A DNA stretch of 64,000 bases. Origin: an uncultured Sphaerochaeta sp. GTDB taxonomy: Bacteria > Spirochaetota > Spirochaetia > Sphaerochaetales > Sphaerochaetaceae. The position numbers and the translations under genes are program-made. Of the stretch, positions 37,681-46,585 are shown piece after piece (the stretch's first letter is position 1; every line of letters begins with the position of its first letter). Location of the stretch: positions 579,757-643,756 of the forward strand of contig OY763408.1 of NCBI GenBank assembly GCA_963667405.1, written 5' to 3'. The notes beneath the pieces were generated by a model. It was not told the origin of the DNA and made no database searches. It saw only the letters and a list, made by a program, of their open reading frames with translations.

Positions 37681-38338
37681 TGTATTGGTGGTCGCCCCTC
37701 TGCACCATGAATTGGAAGGAATCCTAACAAAGCTGGATGAGCCCATTGATATCTCGGGAAAACGCGTTGTGGGTACTCTCATCGGAGTTGGCAAGGTGGT
37801 AAGCGCCCTAGCCACCCAGCAAGCGATTCTCGCCTACCAGCCGAAGCAGGTGGTACTGCTGGGGTTTGGCGGGGCTGTCGATCCGAACTTGGAAATCGGT
37901 TCTGCACTGATTGCCACCAAGGTTGTCCAGTACGATCTTGACCTGAGAAGATTCAGGCTGGCTTGGGGTGATACCTTCGGTCCCGAAGGTACGGTCGTCA
38001 AGGGTACCTTGGATCTGTTTGCACCCCCGTTGGCTGGCTTTGCTCCTGCCGTGTTCGGCACAGCCGATAGGTTCCTGCTTCGCAGTGAGCGTGAGCAACA
38101 TCCTGAGCTTGCAACGGAATTGGGTATCGGCCTTGCCGATATGGAAGGGTATCCGGTGGCCCTCGCTTGCCGGATGCACCACATCCCCTGCATCCTGCTT
38201 CGCATCGTCAGCGATGATGCGCACGGAAGGCGGGCCAAACAGTTTTCCGTCTTTGCCAAACAGGGACGGAAGAAGCTTTCAGAGGGTCTTCACTCGTTGC
38301 TGGAAGAGCCGAGGGAAAAGTCTCCTACCAGCTTGTAG
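37670..38338 (+). CDS. PNP_UDP_1-family nucleosidase (MTA/SAH nucleosidase-like; futalosine hydrolase not excluded)
   Basis: VLLGFGGAVDPNLEIGSALIATKVVQYDLD and ADMEGYPVALAC motifs. 11-nt overlap with pdxK. Confidence 0.7.
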   Translation: MALDVLVVAPLHHELEGILTKLDEPIDISGKRVVGTLIGVGKVVSALATQQAILAYQPKQVVLLGFGGAVDPNLEIGSALIATKVVQYDLDLRRFRLAWGDTFGPEGTVVKGTLDLFAPPLAGFAPAVFGTADRFLLRSEREQHPELATELGIGLADMEGYPVALACRMHHIPCILLRIVSDDAHGRRAKQFSVFAKQGRKKLSEGLHSLLEEPREKSPTSL

Positions 38339-38700
38339 ACACGCCCATCCTGTTTCAGTTCAATCTCACGGTCAGGGAAGTAGGCTTTGATCCTGCTGCG
38401 TAGGTATGCCATTGCAGCATCCTCAATTTCCTGCTTGTCTTCAGCCTTGACGCGCGAGAGCGTACGGATTTCCACCGAGACGATATAGCCCCTGCCATAG
38501 GTGCTCCCGTATCCAAGGGTAAACTGTGTACCGGTGGAGAAGAGGCCGTCATAGGCCACAGACGCCGCTTTGCCGCGGGCCGGGCGGTTGGGATGCAGGG
38601 GATAACGTTCGTGGAAGGTGTCCTCAAGATAGTGATCAAGATCATCAAAGAGCTTTCTCAGGACCCCTTCCAAGGCGATTTGCTTGGGGTGGGAGCTCAT
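38290..38700 (-). CDS. Hypothetical 136-aa protein translationally coupled to the patatin gene
   Basis: Its ATG overlaps the patatin TGA (ATGA at 38697-38700). No domain recognised. Its 3' end overlaps the convergent nucleosidase gene by 49 nt. Confidence 0.5.
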   Translation of the reverse strand: MSSHPKQIALEGVLRKLFDDLDHYLEDTFHERYPLHPNRPARGKAASVAYDGLFSTGTQFTLGYGSTYGRGYIVSVEIRTLSRVKAEDKQEIEDAAMAYLRSRIKAYFPDREIELKQDGRVYKLVGDFSLGSSSNE

Positions 38701-39965
38701 GATTTCTCATCCTCGAGATGATACCGCTGCAAAAACGAGTAGTAGGAGGAGAGAGCACTGTTTGCTGCCGGCTCGGGTGGAGGAAGAGAGAGCTCCTGTT
38801 TCTGTTCGGGAACGACGACTTCCTTGGGCCCGAGGGTGAGCTGGTCGAACTTGGTGCGTTTGGCCAGCTTCTCGGCAAAGCTCTGCATCGCTTCCTCGTT
38901 TTCCTGGAAGATCTGGAGTGCCCCTTGGCTCATCGAGGCAAGCGCAAGGGGGTTGGTTGCGTCAAGCTTGTACTCCTCTCCCAAGGTTCCATGCACCCTG
39001 GTATAGGAGATGTCGTCGATGGTAGGTGCTATCTGGTCTATGACCTGCATCTGGGAAGTTGCATAGATCTTCTGGATGGGGGCGCCCTTTGCAGGATCTA
39101 TCCACCCGATGACCCCGGTTCCGGCACCGCTGATGGTGAAGGTGAAGTCACTGCTTGCCGTGGAGAGGCTGAGGATATGGAATTTCTTGGCATCGGGATA
39201 GAGGCGCTTTGCTTCCTTGTATGCGTAGAGGCTGGGATTGTTTGCCACAACCCCTCCATCGATGAGGGTTTGCATCACCTGTTCCTGACGATCGTAGAGA
39301 TATGCAGGCTTGAAAAACGTGGGAGCGGCGCTGGTAGCCCTGGCTGCTTCCCAGAACAAGAACTGATGGGAGTCCATGGAACTGATGAGAAACGGTTTCC
39401 CGTTGGAAGCATCATAGGAGACAACCAGGGTGGGGACTACGGCCTCACAGAGGGGAGTTTCCTTGAACATGAGCTTCAAAAAGCGTTCCAGCGGTGCTTC
39501 ATCATACTTGTCGATGAAAATCTGGCTGAAAATACGACCTTGGCTTTTGGGGAAAATCTGCTTTCCCTGCTTCAGATAGAGAGATTCCAGAGTGGAGACA
39601 TCGACACCGAAGGGCAGGGTGCCCAACAAAAGCTCTTCCTCTTTCTTTCCCCTCAGTCTTTCCCAGAAACTTCTCTCCTGCTGCTCATAGATGTAGCTGA
39701 TGTACCGGCTGTCCACGGCAAGGTTGGTTTTCTCGACCGGAGCGCCCAGGGCAAGGGCAAGCAAGCCTCCTGTGGAAGTGCCTGCGATCAGGTCAAAATG
39801 GGAGTACAAGGGACGGTTGTCCCCAAGGTGTTCCAAAAGGGACGCAAGCTTTGCAAGCAGGACTGCAGGGATAATGCCGCGCATCCCACCTCCGTCGATG
39901 GAGAGGATGAATCGTTCTTCCTGTTGGGGAGAGGGTGATTTTTGCTTGAGATCCCATAAGGCCAT
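38697..39965 (-). CDS. Patatin-like phospholipase
   Basis: ILSIDGGGMRGIIPA (oxyanion GGGxRG), IAGTSTGGLLA (GxSxG nucleophile), LIDGGVVANNP (catalytic Asp). Start set at ATG 39965 (MALWDL...); the 60-aa upstream extension in the track crosses the AT-rich promoter region. Confidence 0.88.
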   Translation of the reverse strand: MALWDLKQKSPSPQQEERFILSIDGGGMRGIIPAVLLAKLASLLEHLGDNRPLYSHFDLIAGTSTGGLLALALGAPVEKTNLAVDSRYISYIYEQQERSFWERLRGKKEEELLLGTLPFGVDVSTLESLYLKQGKQIFPKSQGRIFSQIFIDKYDEAPLERFLKLMFKETPLCEAVVPTLVVSYDASNGKPFLISSMDSHQFLFWEAARATSAAPTFFKPAYLYDRQEQVMQTLIDGGVVANNPSLYAYKEAKRLYPDAKKFHILSLSTASSDFTFTISGAGTGVIGWIDPAKGAPIQKIYATSQMQVIDQIAPTIDDISYTRVHGTLGEEYKLDATNPLALASMSQGALQIFQENEEAMQSFAEKLAKRTKFDQLTLGPKEVVVPEQKQELSLPPPEPAANSALSSYYSFLQRYHLEDEKS

Positions 39966-40044
39966 GCCATAAGAGTGATGATTTTGCACTTGCCGGTCAA
40001 GCGTTCTTGCTTCTGATGCAAAACAGATTCGAATATAGGTATTT

Positions 40045-40070
40045 ATACTATTCCGAAAAAAGAATAGTAT
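40045..40070. promoter_or_regulatory. Perfect 9-bp inverted repeat ATACTATTC-N8-GAATAGTAT in the patatin / radical-SAM divergent region
   Basis: Read directly from the sequence. It lies 80 bp upstream of the patatin ATG and 68 bp upstream of the radical-SAM ATG, so it is an operator candidate rather than a terminator. Confidence 0.4.
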
Positions 40071-40137
40071 TAAGGTATAACAATGAAATGTGCTTTTCCA
40101 CTGGTCATAAAGCAGGTGTTTTCTGTACACTTTGCCC

Positions 40138-41124
40138 ATGACCACTACCTTGGAATATCCTGCCTTTGAGGCTTATCAGCACTGTCGTCTTTGTCCCAAT
40201 TACTGTGAGGTTGACCGTCTTGCGGGAGAGCGGGGCCGCTGCGGGGAAACCGCAACGGTTCGCATTGCCTGGTCGGGTTTGCACAAGGGGGAGGAGCCGC
40301 CGGTAACCGGCGAACATGGATCGGGGATGATCTTCTTCAGCGGCTGTCCCTTGCATTGCGCATACTGCCAGAATTACCAGATCTCCAACCGAGGTGAGCA
40401 GGGTTCTCCTGCCCTTGGCATTGAACTCAGCATCGCAGAACTTGCCCAGGTGATGCTGGGTTTGCAGGAAATGGGGGCGGCCAATATCAATATGGTAACC
40501 GGCACCCACTTCATTCCGTCCATCATCGAAGCATTGAAGCTTGCACGGAGAGAGGGGTTGACCCTGGATGTGGTATGGAACAGCAGCGGCTTTGAATCGA
40601 TCGAGGGCCTGAAGCTCATCGATCCGTATATCGATCTCTATCTCATTGATGTGAAGACCCTTGATGAGCAAGTGGGAGCCGTGTTCTGCGGGCTCGCACT
40701 GTATGCGCAGAAGATCAGGGAGGTGATGGAGTTTCTGAAGACACGAAAGACCAGCACACAACTGGATGCATCGGGAAATCTGAGAGGGATGTTGGTGAGA
40801 CATCTGGTGTTTCCCCAGACACTGGAAGCGACCAAAGAGGTGCTGACCTATTTCGCCCGATCACTGAAGGACCAGGCATATTTGTCTCTGATGGTGCAGT
40901 TCGAGCCTCCCAAGGGGGACACACGGTTCCCTCCCATCACAGAAGAAGAGTATGAATCACTCTTGCTTCTGCTGGAGGATTTGGAAATCGAGGAAGGGTT
41001 CGTGCAGGAACTGGGGGAAAACGTTTCCTGGATCCCCGATTTTACCCAGGATAATCCATTCCCCGAATCGTTTGCCCAGATCCTGCCGCTCTTTCTTCAG
41101 CTTAAGCGTTCTCGCTTCCGATAA
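40138..41124 (+). CDS. Radical SAM protein, PflX/pyruvate formate-lyase-activase-like
   Basis: N-terminal CRLCPNYC cluster plus the radical-SAM CxxxCxxC motif (GCPLHCAYCQNYQIS). Confidence 0.85.
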   Translation: MTTTLEYPAFEAYQHCRLCPNYCEVDRLAGERGRCGETATVRIAWSGLHKGEEPPVTGEHGSGMIFFSGCPLHCAYCQNYQISNRGEQGSPALGIELSIAELAQVMLGLQEMGAANINMVTGTHFIPSIIEALKLARREGLTLDVVWNSSGFESIEGLKLIDPYIDLYLIDVKTLDEQVGAVFCGLALYAQKIREVMEFLKTRKTSTQLDASGNLRGMLVRHLVFPQTLEATKEVLTYFARSLKDQAYLSLMVQFEPPKGDTRFPPITEEEYESLLLLLEDLEIEEGFVQELGENVSWIPDFTQDNPFPESFAQILPLFLQLKRSRFR

Positions 41125-41803
41125 GCGTTCCGAAGAAGGTTCTGCCGTAGAGGATATCCATCGTGTTGGGGATGTTTCTTCCGTCTGCACAGACTACGCG
41201 CATCTTCATCTTCTCTGCCCGTGCACTTGCAATGGGATCGAAGGGAGTGCTCTTGCCCGGTGTCCAGCTGTCTCCGACCATGGCCCGGTACTCTGTCCAG
41301 GTGACGGCATCCAACGGTTTGGCATCGGGATTCTTCTTCGGGTCATCGGTATAGACCTTTGCGATGTTGCTCAGGTTGATGATGAGCTTGCCTTCAAAGC
41401 GTTCTGCAAGGATGACAGCATCGTTGTCAGTGGAAAAGCCTGGTTTCCAGCCTGCAGCCACCAGAACCTGTCCACGGAAGTTGATGTGGCCGGTCGGATC
41501 GGTGACAAGGTTGTCGGTGCAGAGATCTGCAAGCATCGCTTTCACCAGCTGTCCGTTGAGATGGGTTGCCCTGATGCCCAGCCAGTCCAGCTCTTCGCTG
41601 TCAATATCTTCCTTGATGGCACGCATGGCGTCCTGATAGACCCGTGCAGGGGCTCCGCCTCCACATACCAATATGATTTTCCTGCTCTTATCCTCTTTCA
41701 GATAGGTCCTGAGCTCCTGGTTCAACTGCTTCAGAAAAGCAGAGTCGACCTTGTCCGGAGCTATGATGGAACCTCCGAGTGAAATGACTGCCACGTTGTT
41801 CAT
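41102..41803 (-). CDS. Amino-acid-kinase-fold protein, UMP kinase-like (archaeal type)
   Basis: VISLGGSIIAPDK...ILVCGGGAPARVY...GWKPGFSTDNDAVILAE pattern. GGAGG precedes ATG 41803. Confidence 0.75.
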   Translation of the reverse strand: MNNVAVISLGGSIIAPDKVDSAFLKQLNQELRTYLKEDKSRKIILVCGGGAPARVYQDAMRAIKEDIDSEELDWLGIRATHLNGQLVKAMLADLCTDNLVTDPTGHINFRGQVLVAAGWKPGFSTDNDAVILAERFEGKLIINLSNIAKVYTDDPKKNPDAKPLDAVTWTEYRAMVGDSWTPGKSTPFDPIASARAEKMKMRVVCADGRNIPNTMDILYGRTFFGTLIGSENA

Positions 41804-41862
41804 TGCGTCCTCCGCCGGGTATCGTACCAGATTTGCATCAGATGGTGAACCTCTTTGCATGC

Positions 41863-42216
41863 TCAACTGATGGGATGGGAACATGCATGGAGAAGGATGA
41901 GCATCAGCAGGTAGAGGGCGATGGTGACCGCTACCGCAATGCCAAGGCTCAGCCAGAATTGCATGCCTCTGTTCAGCAAGAAGGGGAACAGAAGAAAGAA
42001 GGCCAAGGAAGGAAGGACAAGATAGAAGATCGATTGCGAAAGGTCTGCAATTGCCTTTGTCTCGGCCTTCTCCCAGCGCATCCAGAGGATGGCCAGGAGG
42101 GAGGTGAGGGGCAGGGAAGCTATGAGGGCTCCGAAGAGCGAGCTTCGCTTTGCCACCTCACTCACCGCTACGAGAATAAGCGCGGAAATGCCTGTTTTCA
42201 GAAGCAGATACAGCAC
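41863..42216 (-). CDS. Small integral membrane protein (DUF3147-like)
   Basis: 117 aa with four predicted TM helices. ALILVAVSEVAKRSSLFGALIASLP resembles the DUF3147 family. It abuts the upstream ORF (42217). Confidence 0.55.
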   Translation of the reverse strand: MLYLLLKTGISALILVAVSEVAKRSSLFGALIASLPLTSLLAILWMRWEKAETKAIADLSQSIFYLVLPSLAFFLLFPFLLNRGMQFWLSLGIAVAVTIALYLLMLILLHACSHPIS

Positions 42217-42690
42217 CTACTGCTCCTCGCTTGGCGGTACTTCCAGGATCTCGATCAGGTCCGTGGGCTCCAAGCGGAACGGGGAACCGATGCCCTCGAA
42301 GAACCCATGGTCCTTGATGAAGTGGATATGCAGGTCGGTATAGACGATGGTCTTTCCCGTGGTTTTGTTCATTACCGATGTATTTACCTTCGCATACATG
42401 CCGGGACCGCCGAAGGGGGAGGGAAGCAGCCCCCGCACCGAATCAACGCGAACCTCAAAGTTGCCATCAACGGTAATGGGTTCCCCAAGTCCTTCTTCCC
42501 CTTGCTTTCGGAAGTGCTCCATCCTGCTGGCAATGGCCTCCTTGGTGGTGTGATGGGCATGGATGGTGTAGGTGTCCGCAGCAATGATGTCCACCAACTT
42601 TCGGGTATCGTCACCAAGGAATCCATCAAGGGTGATGACCCCTTTTCTCATATTCTGTTGTATCTTTTCGTACTCAGGTGTCTGTTTCAC
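42217..42690 (-). CDS. Hypothetical soluble 157-aa protein downstream of nqrF
   Basis: Clean ORF starting 13 nt after the nqrF stop, same strand. No recognisable domain. Confidence 0.55.
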   Translation of the reverse strand: MKQTPEYEKIQQNMRKGVITLDGFLGDDTRKLVDIIAADTYTIHAHHTTKEAIASRMEHFRKQGEEGLGEPITVDGNFEVRVDSVRGLLPSPFGGPGMYAKVNTSVMNKTTGKTIVYTDLHIHFIKDHGFFEGIGSPFRLEPTDLIEILEVPPSEEQ

Positions 42691-42703
42691 GCTCAGCTCC
42701 TTC

Positions 42704-43810
42704 TTATGAGAATTTGTCGTAGAAGATGTTCTCGGGAAGTACGCCCAACTCGTTGAGCACCGTGATACAGGCGTTGATCATGCCTGGGCTTCCGCACAGG
42801 TACGCCTCGCTGTTGCTGCCCTCTTTGGTCATCCTGCGCACCACATCGGTGATGAGTCCCACTTCCCCTTCCCAGTTGTCCTCCGGCTGGGGTTCGCTGA
42901 GAGCAGGAATGAAGGTGAAATTGGGCATCTTCTTCTCAAGCTCACGCATCTCGTCAAGCAGGAAGAGGTCCCGCTTCGAACGAGCCCCGAAGAAGTAGGA
43001 TGCCTTGCGCGTATTTCCTTGCTTTTCCATATTCAGAAGCATCGACTTGATGGGAGCCATCCCCGATCCGCCGGCGATGAAGATGATGTTCCTGTCGGTT
43101 TCCCTGAGATAGAAGTCCCCATAGGGCCCGTTGATGGTAACCTCATCGCCCTCCTTGAGGTGCTTGTGGACGTACGTGGTGCAGATCCCGTTCGGAACCA
43201 GGCGAATCTCCAGCTCAACACGGCTGCTGTCCCCCGGAGGGGAGGCGATGGAGTAGGCGCGATAGACGCTCTCATCGGTCAATTCATACTCTGGGACCAT
43301 GAACTGTACGTACTGGCCGGCTTTGGGGGAGATCTGCTCAGGATCCTTCAGGCGCAGGGTGATCTCCTTGATGTCATGGGTAAGGTCACGGATTCTCTCC
43401 ACCACGGTCCTGTATTCCCTGACAGAGAAGAGTTCTTCAGGAATGACAATGGCAATGTCCGATTTGACCTTGAACTGGCAGGAGAGGCGAACCTGTTTTT
43501 TCTTCTCCTCCTCGTTGATCCAGGGAAGCTCGGTAGGCAGGTACTCTCCGCCTCCTTGCACCACCCGAACCTTGCACATGCCGCAGGAGCCGCGCCCACC
43601 ACAGGCGGAAGGGATGAACACCCCCTCCTGGTTGAGCGTCTTGAGAAGCGGTTGCCCTCCCTTGACTTCCAGTTCCTTGGTACCGTCATTGATCGAGATC
43701 TTGACCGTACCGTAGTTGCCGATGGTGGCATCGGCAATGACCATCAACAAGGCAAGGAAGACAGAGATGAGGCTGATGATCCCGATGCTGATCAATAGTG
43801 TTGTCACCAT
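42704..43810 (-). CDS. nqrF: Na+-translocating NADH:quinone reductase subunit F-type protein
   Basis: N-terminal TM helix, 2Fe-2S ferredoxin motif (ACGGRGSCGMCKV...SCQ), FAD motif RAYSIAS, NAD motif FIAGGSGMAP. Confidence 0.92.
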   Translation of the reverse strand: MVTTLLISIGIISLISVFLALLMVIADATIGNYGTVKISINDGTKELEVKGGQPLLKTLNQEGVFIPSACGGRGSCGMCKVRVVQGGGEYLPTELPWINEEEKKKQVRLSCQFKVKSDIAIVIPEELFSVREYRTVVERIRDLTHDIKEITLRLKDPEQISPKAGQYVQFMVPEYELTDESVYRAYSIASPPGDSSRVELEIRLVPNGICTTYVHKHLKEGDEVTINGPYGDFYLRETDRNIIFIAGGSGMAPIKSMLLNMEKQGNTRKASYFFGARSKRDLFLLDEMRELEKKMPNFTFIPALSEPQPEDNWEGEVGLITDVVRRMTKEGSNSEAYLCGSPGMINACITVLNELGVLPENIFYDKFS

Positions 43811-43820
43811 GCTGTACTCC

Positions 43821-44414
43821 TTAGGATAGGGCTATCATGCCGGAGAAGCCCATGAATGCCATGGCCATGAAACCTGCGATCACCAAGGTGATGGCAGGGC
43901 CCTCAAGGGCCGGAGGCACACTCGCGTTCTTCATTTTCTGTCGGATGCCGGCCATGGCGATGATGGCGATGAACCACCCTATCCCACTCCCCAGTCCAAA
44001 CAGGAAAGAAGTGAGGAACGTGTACTCCCTGATGACCATGAACAGGCTGACACCGAGGATGGCACAGTTGACCGTGATCAGCGGCAGGAAGATCCCCAGG
44101 CTCTGGTAGAGGGGTTCGCTGTAGCGCTCGATGGTCATTTCGGTCAGCTGCACGAAGGCGGCGATGACGATGATGAAGACAATGAAGCGCAGATACTCCA
44201 GGCCGAAGGGAATCAGCAGGTACTCGTAAACGAGCCAGTTCAGGGGAGTGGTGGTGGCCATGACAAAGATGACGGCAGCACCCAGGCCAAGGGATGTCTT
44301 GAGCTCCTTGGAGACCGAGAGGAACGAACACATGCCGAGGTAGTTGGTCAGAAGGATGTTCCCGGTGAAGATCGATGCAAAGAATATGGCGAAGGGCATC
44401 ATTGACTCATTCAT
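43821..44414 (-). CDS. nqrE: NQR subunit E
   Basis: LGMCSFLSVSKELKTSLGLG and LGIFLPLITVNCAILG closely match NqrE. ATG at 44414. Confidence 0.93.
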   Translation of the reverse strand: MNESMMPFAIFFASIFTGNILLTNYLGMCSFLSVSKELKTSLGLGAAVIFVMATTTPLNWLVYEYLLIPFGLEYLRFIVFIIVIAAFVQLTEMTIERYSEPLYQSLGIFLPLITVNCAILGVSLFMVIREYTFLTSFLFGLGSGIGWFIAIIAMAGIRQKMKNASVPPALEGPAITLVIAGFMAMAFMGFSGMIALS

Positions 44415-45019
44415 GCTTTGGCCTCCTTCATGATGGTTTCGCGGATGACCCAGATGAGGATTGCGAGGACGAAGAATCCGCCGGGAGGCATGATCATGAT
44501 CGACCAGTTGGTCCACCAGCTTCCCAGGATCCTGAAACCCCACAAGCTGCCGGTACCGAGCAGCTCCCTGACGAAGGCAATGGCCAAGAGTACATAGGTG
44601 TATCCCAGTCCGGAAGCCAAGCCATCCACCAGGGAGAGCATCGGCTTGTTCTGCAAGGCAAAAGCCTCAACACGACCCATGATGATGCAGTTGGTGATGA
44701 TCAGTCCCACATAGGGGCCGAGTTGCTTCCACATCTCAGGATAGAAGGCTTTGAGCACGATGTCGACGATGATGACGAACGTGGCGATGATCATGGTTTC
44801 CACCATCATTCTGATGCGGGATGGAATGTGGTTCCTGAGCAGCGAGAGTGTGAAGCTCGACAGGGCCGTGGTGAACATGACTCCCAGTGTCATGACCAAG
44901 GTGTTCTGCAACTTGTTCGTCACTGCAAGGGTGGAACAGATGCCAAGGATCTGGACGAACACGGGGTTGTTTTTCCCCAGAGGTTCCAGAAAGGTTTTTC
45001 GTAGGGTGTTTTTGGCCAT
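44411..45019 (-). CDS. nqrD: NQR subunit D
   Basis: NNPVFVQILGICSTLAVT, VGLIITNCIIMGRVEAFA. ATGA overlap with nqrE. Confidence 0.93.
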   Translation of the reverse strand: MAKNTLRKTFLEPLGKNNPVFVQILGICSTLAVTNKLQNTLVMTLGVMFTTALSSFTLSLLRNHIPSRIRMMVETMIIATFVIIVDIVLKAFYPEMWKQLGPYVGLIITNCIIMGRVEAFALQNKPMLSLVDGLASGLGYTYVLLAIAFVRELLGTGSLWGFRILGSWWTNWSIMIMPPGGFFVLAILIWVIRETIMKEAKA

Positions 45020-45020
45020 A

Positions 45021-45614
45021 TCACTCTCCTCTGATGATGAGCTTGGCATCATCTGCGGCACGGTTGGTCAGGTTCAGGAAGTACTCCGATGTTCTGGTAG
45101 CCCCGGTGATGGCATCAACCTCGTTTTGTGCTGAGGCCGTTCCTTCCTCCACCATCACAAAGGGTGCCGTTTTTCCCTTGAATTGGGCGGTAAACCAGCT
45201 CTCTTCAATGCGGGCCCCAAGGCCGGGCGTCTCATTCTGGCTGACAATGGCCAGGCCGCTGAACGTCCGCAGGTCCTCTTCCATGCCCACCATGAGGGCA
45301 ATTGTCCCCCAAAGTCCCGGGCCCTGCAAAGGAATGATGTAGCGGGTGCCCTCCGGGCCTTGGGTGGTGTAGTAGCCATCCTCTACGGTGATATGCTCGC
45401 TGAAAGCCTGCTCAATGCCGCCGGTGGTGTTCTCGAAGGAGACTCCTCCGGCTTGCAGGATGGCCCGACGGGTGAAGGAGAGCTCGTTTGCGCTTGCCCT
45501 GTCCTGGGTCAGTAGGTAGATGCCTGCTGTGAGGAGGATGCAGAGGAATGTAACGATGAACATGAATACCAGAGGGTAGATGCGTTCCCGGTAGAAACTG
45601 GGTTGTGCGTTCAT
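45021..45614 (-). CDS. nqrC: NQR subunit C (FMN-binding)
   Basis: N-terminal TM helix, GLWG, ETPGLGARI, and the flavinylation motif TGATRTS. Confidence 0.85.
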   Translation of the reverse strand: MNAQPSFYRERIYPLVFMFIVTFLCILLTAGIYLLTQDRASANELSFTRRAILQAGGVSFENTTGGIEQAFSEHITVEDGYYTTQGPEGTRYIIPLQGPGLWGTIALMVGMEEDLRTFSGLAIVSQNETPGLGARIEESWFTAQFKGKTAPFVMVEEGTASAQNEVDAITGATRTSEYFLNLTNRAADDAKLIIRGE

Positions 45615-46585
45615 GCTGCACCTCCTTTTGCTGCCTTCAGCTTCTTCTTTGCCTTTGCGCCTTTGAGCACAGTATCGAGCAAGGGAGCAAACATATTGGC
45701 CAGAAGGATGGCGAAGGTGACTCCTTCGATCCAGGTGGAAAACGTTCTGATCAGGACAACCAGGATGCCGAACATCGCCCCATAGATGTATCTGCCTGCA
45801 TCAGTTGACTGCGAAGCTGAGACAGGGTCGGTGATCATGAAGAAGGCGGCAAAAAGGAAACTGCCCGAGAGAAGGGCGGTGAGGGGGTCCATCACGGAAA
45901 GCAAGCCACGCTCGGTGGCGATTTGCAGTCCGCTTGCCCACAGGATGGTTTGCAGCAGAAGAAATGAGACGAAGGAAGCGATGACAATCTTCCAGTTCGC
46001 AGCTTTCTTGTAGATGATGTAGATTCCTCCCAGGATGATCAGAAGCGCACTCGTTTCACCGAAGCTTCCGCTGGTAAAACCCAGAAAGAGGTCCAGCAGC
46101 GGCTGTGTCCGGGTGACCAACGGGGTGGCGGCGGACACGCTGTCCGCTTGGCTGATCCACGAGAAGAGTCCGGCGGGGAAATAGCCGAGATCGGTGGCAT
46201 TGCCGACAAATTTGGCTGTCATGGGAAGGCCGAAGCTGATATAGATGAAGGCTCTGGCGGTGATGGCGGGATTGAAGATGTTCTTCCCGAATCCACCGAA
46301 GATCATCTTGCCGAAGACAATGCCGAATGCAATGCCGACTGCGGCAATCCACAGCGGTATGGTCGGAGGGAGCGAGAGTGCGAAGAGTGTACAGGATACA
46401 AAGAGCGACTCGGTAATCTTGAAACCGTATCGCTTTGCCATCAGATACTCACACAGCAGCCCTGTAGCCAGTGTGACTGCCAAGAGTGCAATGAATCGCC
46501 AGCCGAAAAAATACAGGGCAGCAAGACAGAGCGGAAAGAGGGCATACAAAACTGTACGCATTGCTTGTTGTTTTTGAATTTTCAC
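45611..46585 (-). CDS. nqrB: NQR subunit B / RnfD-like subunit
   Basis: GSFGETSALLIILGG and FFMITDPVSASQS motifs. GTG 46585 has GAGGT 7 nt upstream; ATG 46561 is an alternative. At about 324 aa it is closer to RnfD size than to typical NqrB. Confidence 0.85.
   Translation of the reverse strand: MKIQKQQAMRTVLYALFPLCLAALYFFGWRFIALLAVTLATGLLCEYLMAKRYGFKITESLFVSCTLFALSLPPTIPLWIAAVGIAFGIVFGKMIFGGFGKNIFNPAITARAFIYISFGLPMTAKFVGNATDLGYFPAGLFSWISQADSVSAATPLVTRTQPLLDLFLGFTSGSFGETSALLIILGGIYIIYKKAANWKIVIASFVSFLLLQTILWASGLQIATERGLLSVMDPLTALLSGSFLFAAFFMITDPVSASQSTDAGRYIYGAMFGILVVLIRTFSTWIEGVTFAILLANMFAPLLDTVLKGAKAKKKLKAAKGGAA

Noticed and set aside
38697-39965. Patatin gene as a CBASS (CapV-like) effector.
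   Set aside because: No CD-NTase/cyclase, E1/E2/JAB, HORMA/TRIP13 or other signalling gene lies within 10 kb on either side. The neighbours are housekeeping genes (pdxK, nucleosidase, radical SAM).
40952-42756. Plus-strand ORFs 40952..41782 and 41803..42756.
   Set aside because: The first is out of frame with the radical-SAM 3' end and antisense to the UMP-kinase-like gene. The second is antisense to the DUF3147-like and 157-aa genes. Both products are low-complexity.
42704-46585. Interpreting the five-gene cluster as an RNF complex rather than NQR.
   Set aside because: The last gene is an NqrF-type protein (TM helix plus plant-type 2Fe-2S plus FAD/NAD reductase). No RnfB or RnfC polyferredoxin genes are present. 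The D and E subunits match NqrD and NqrE motifs. Only the short B subunit is RnfD-like.
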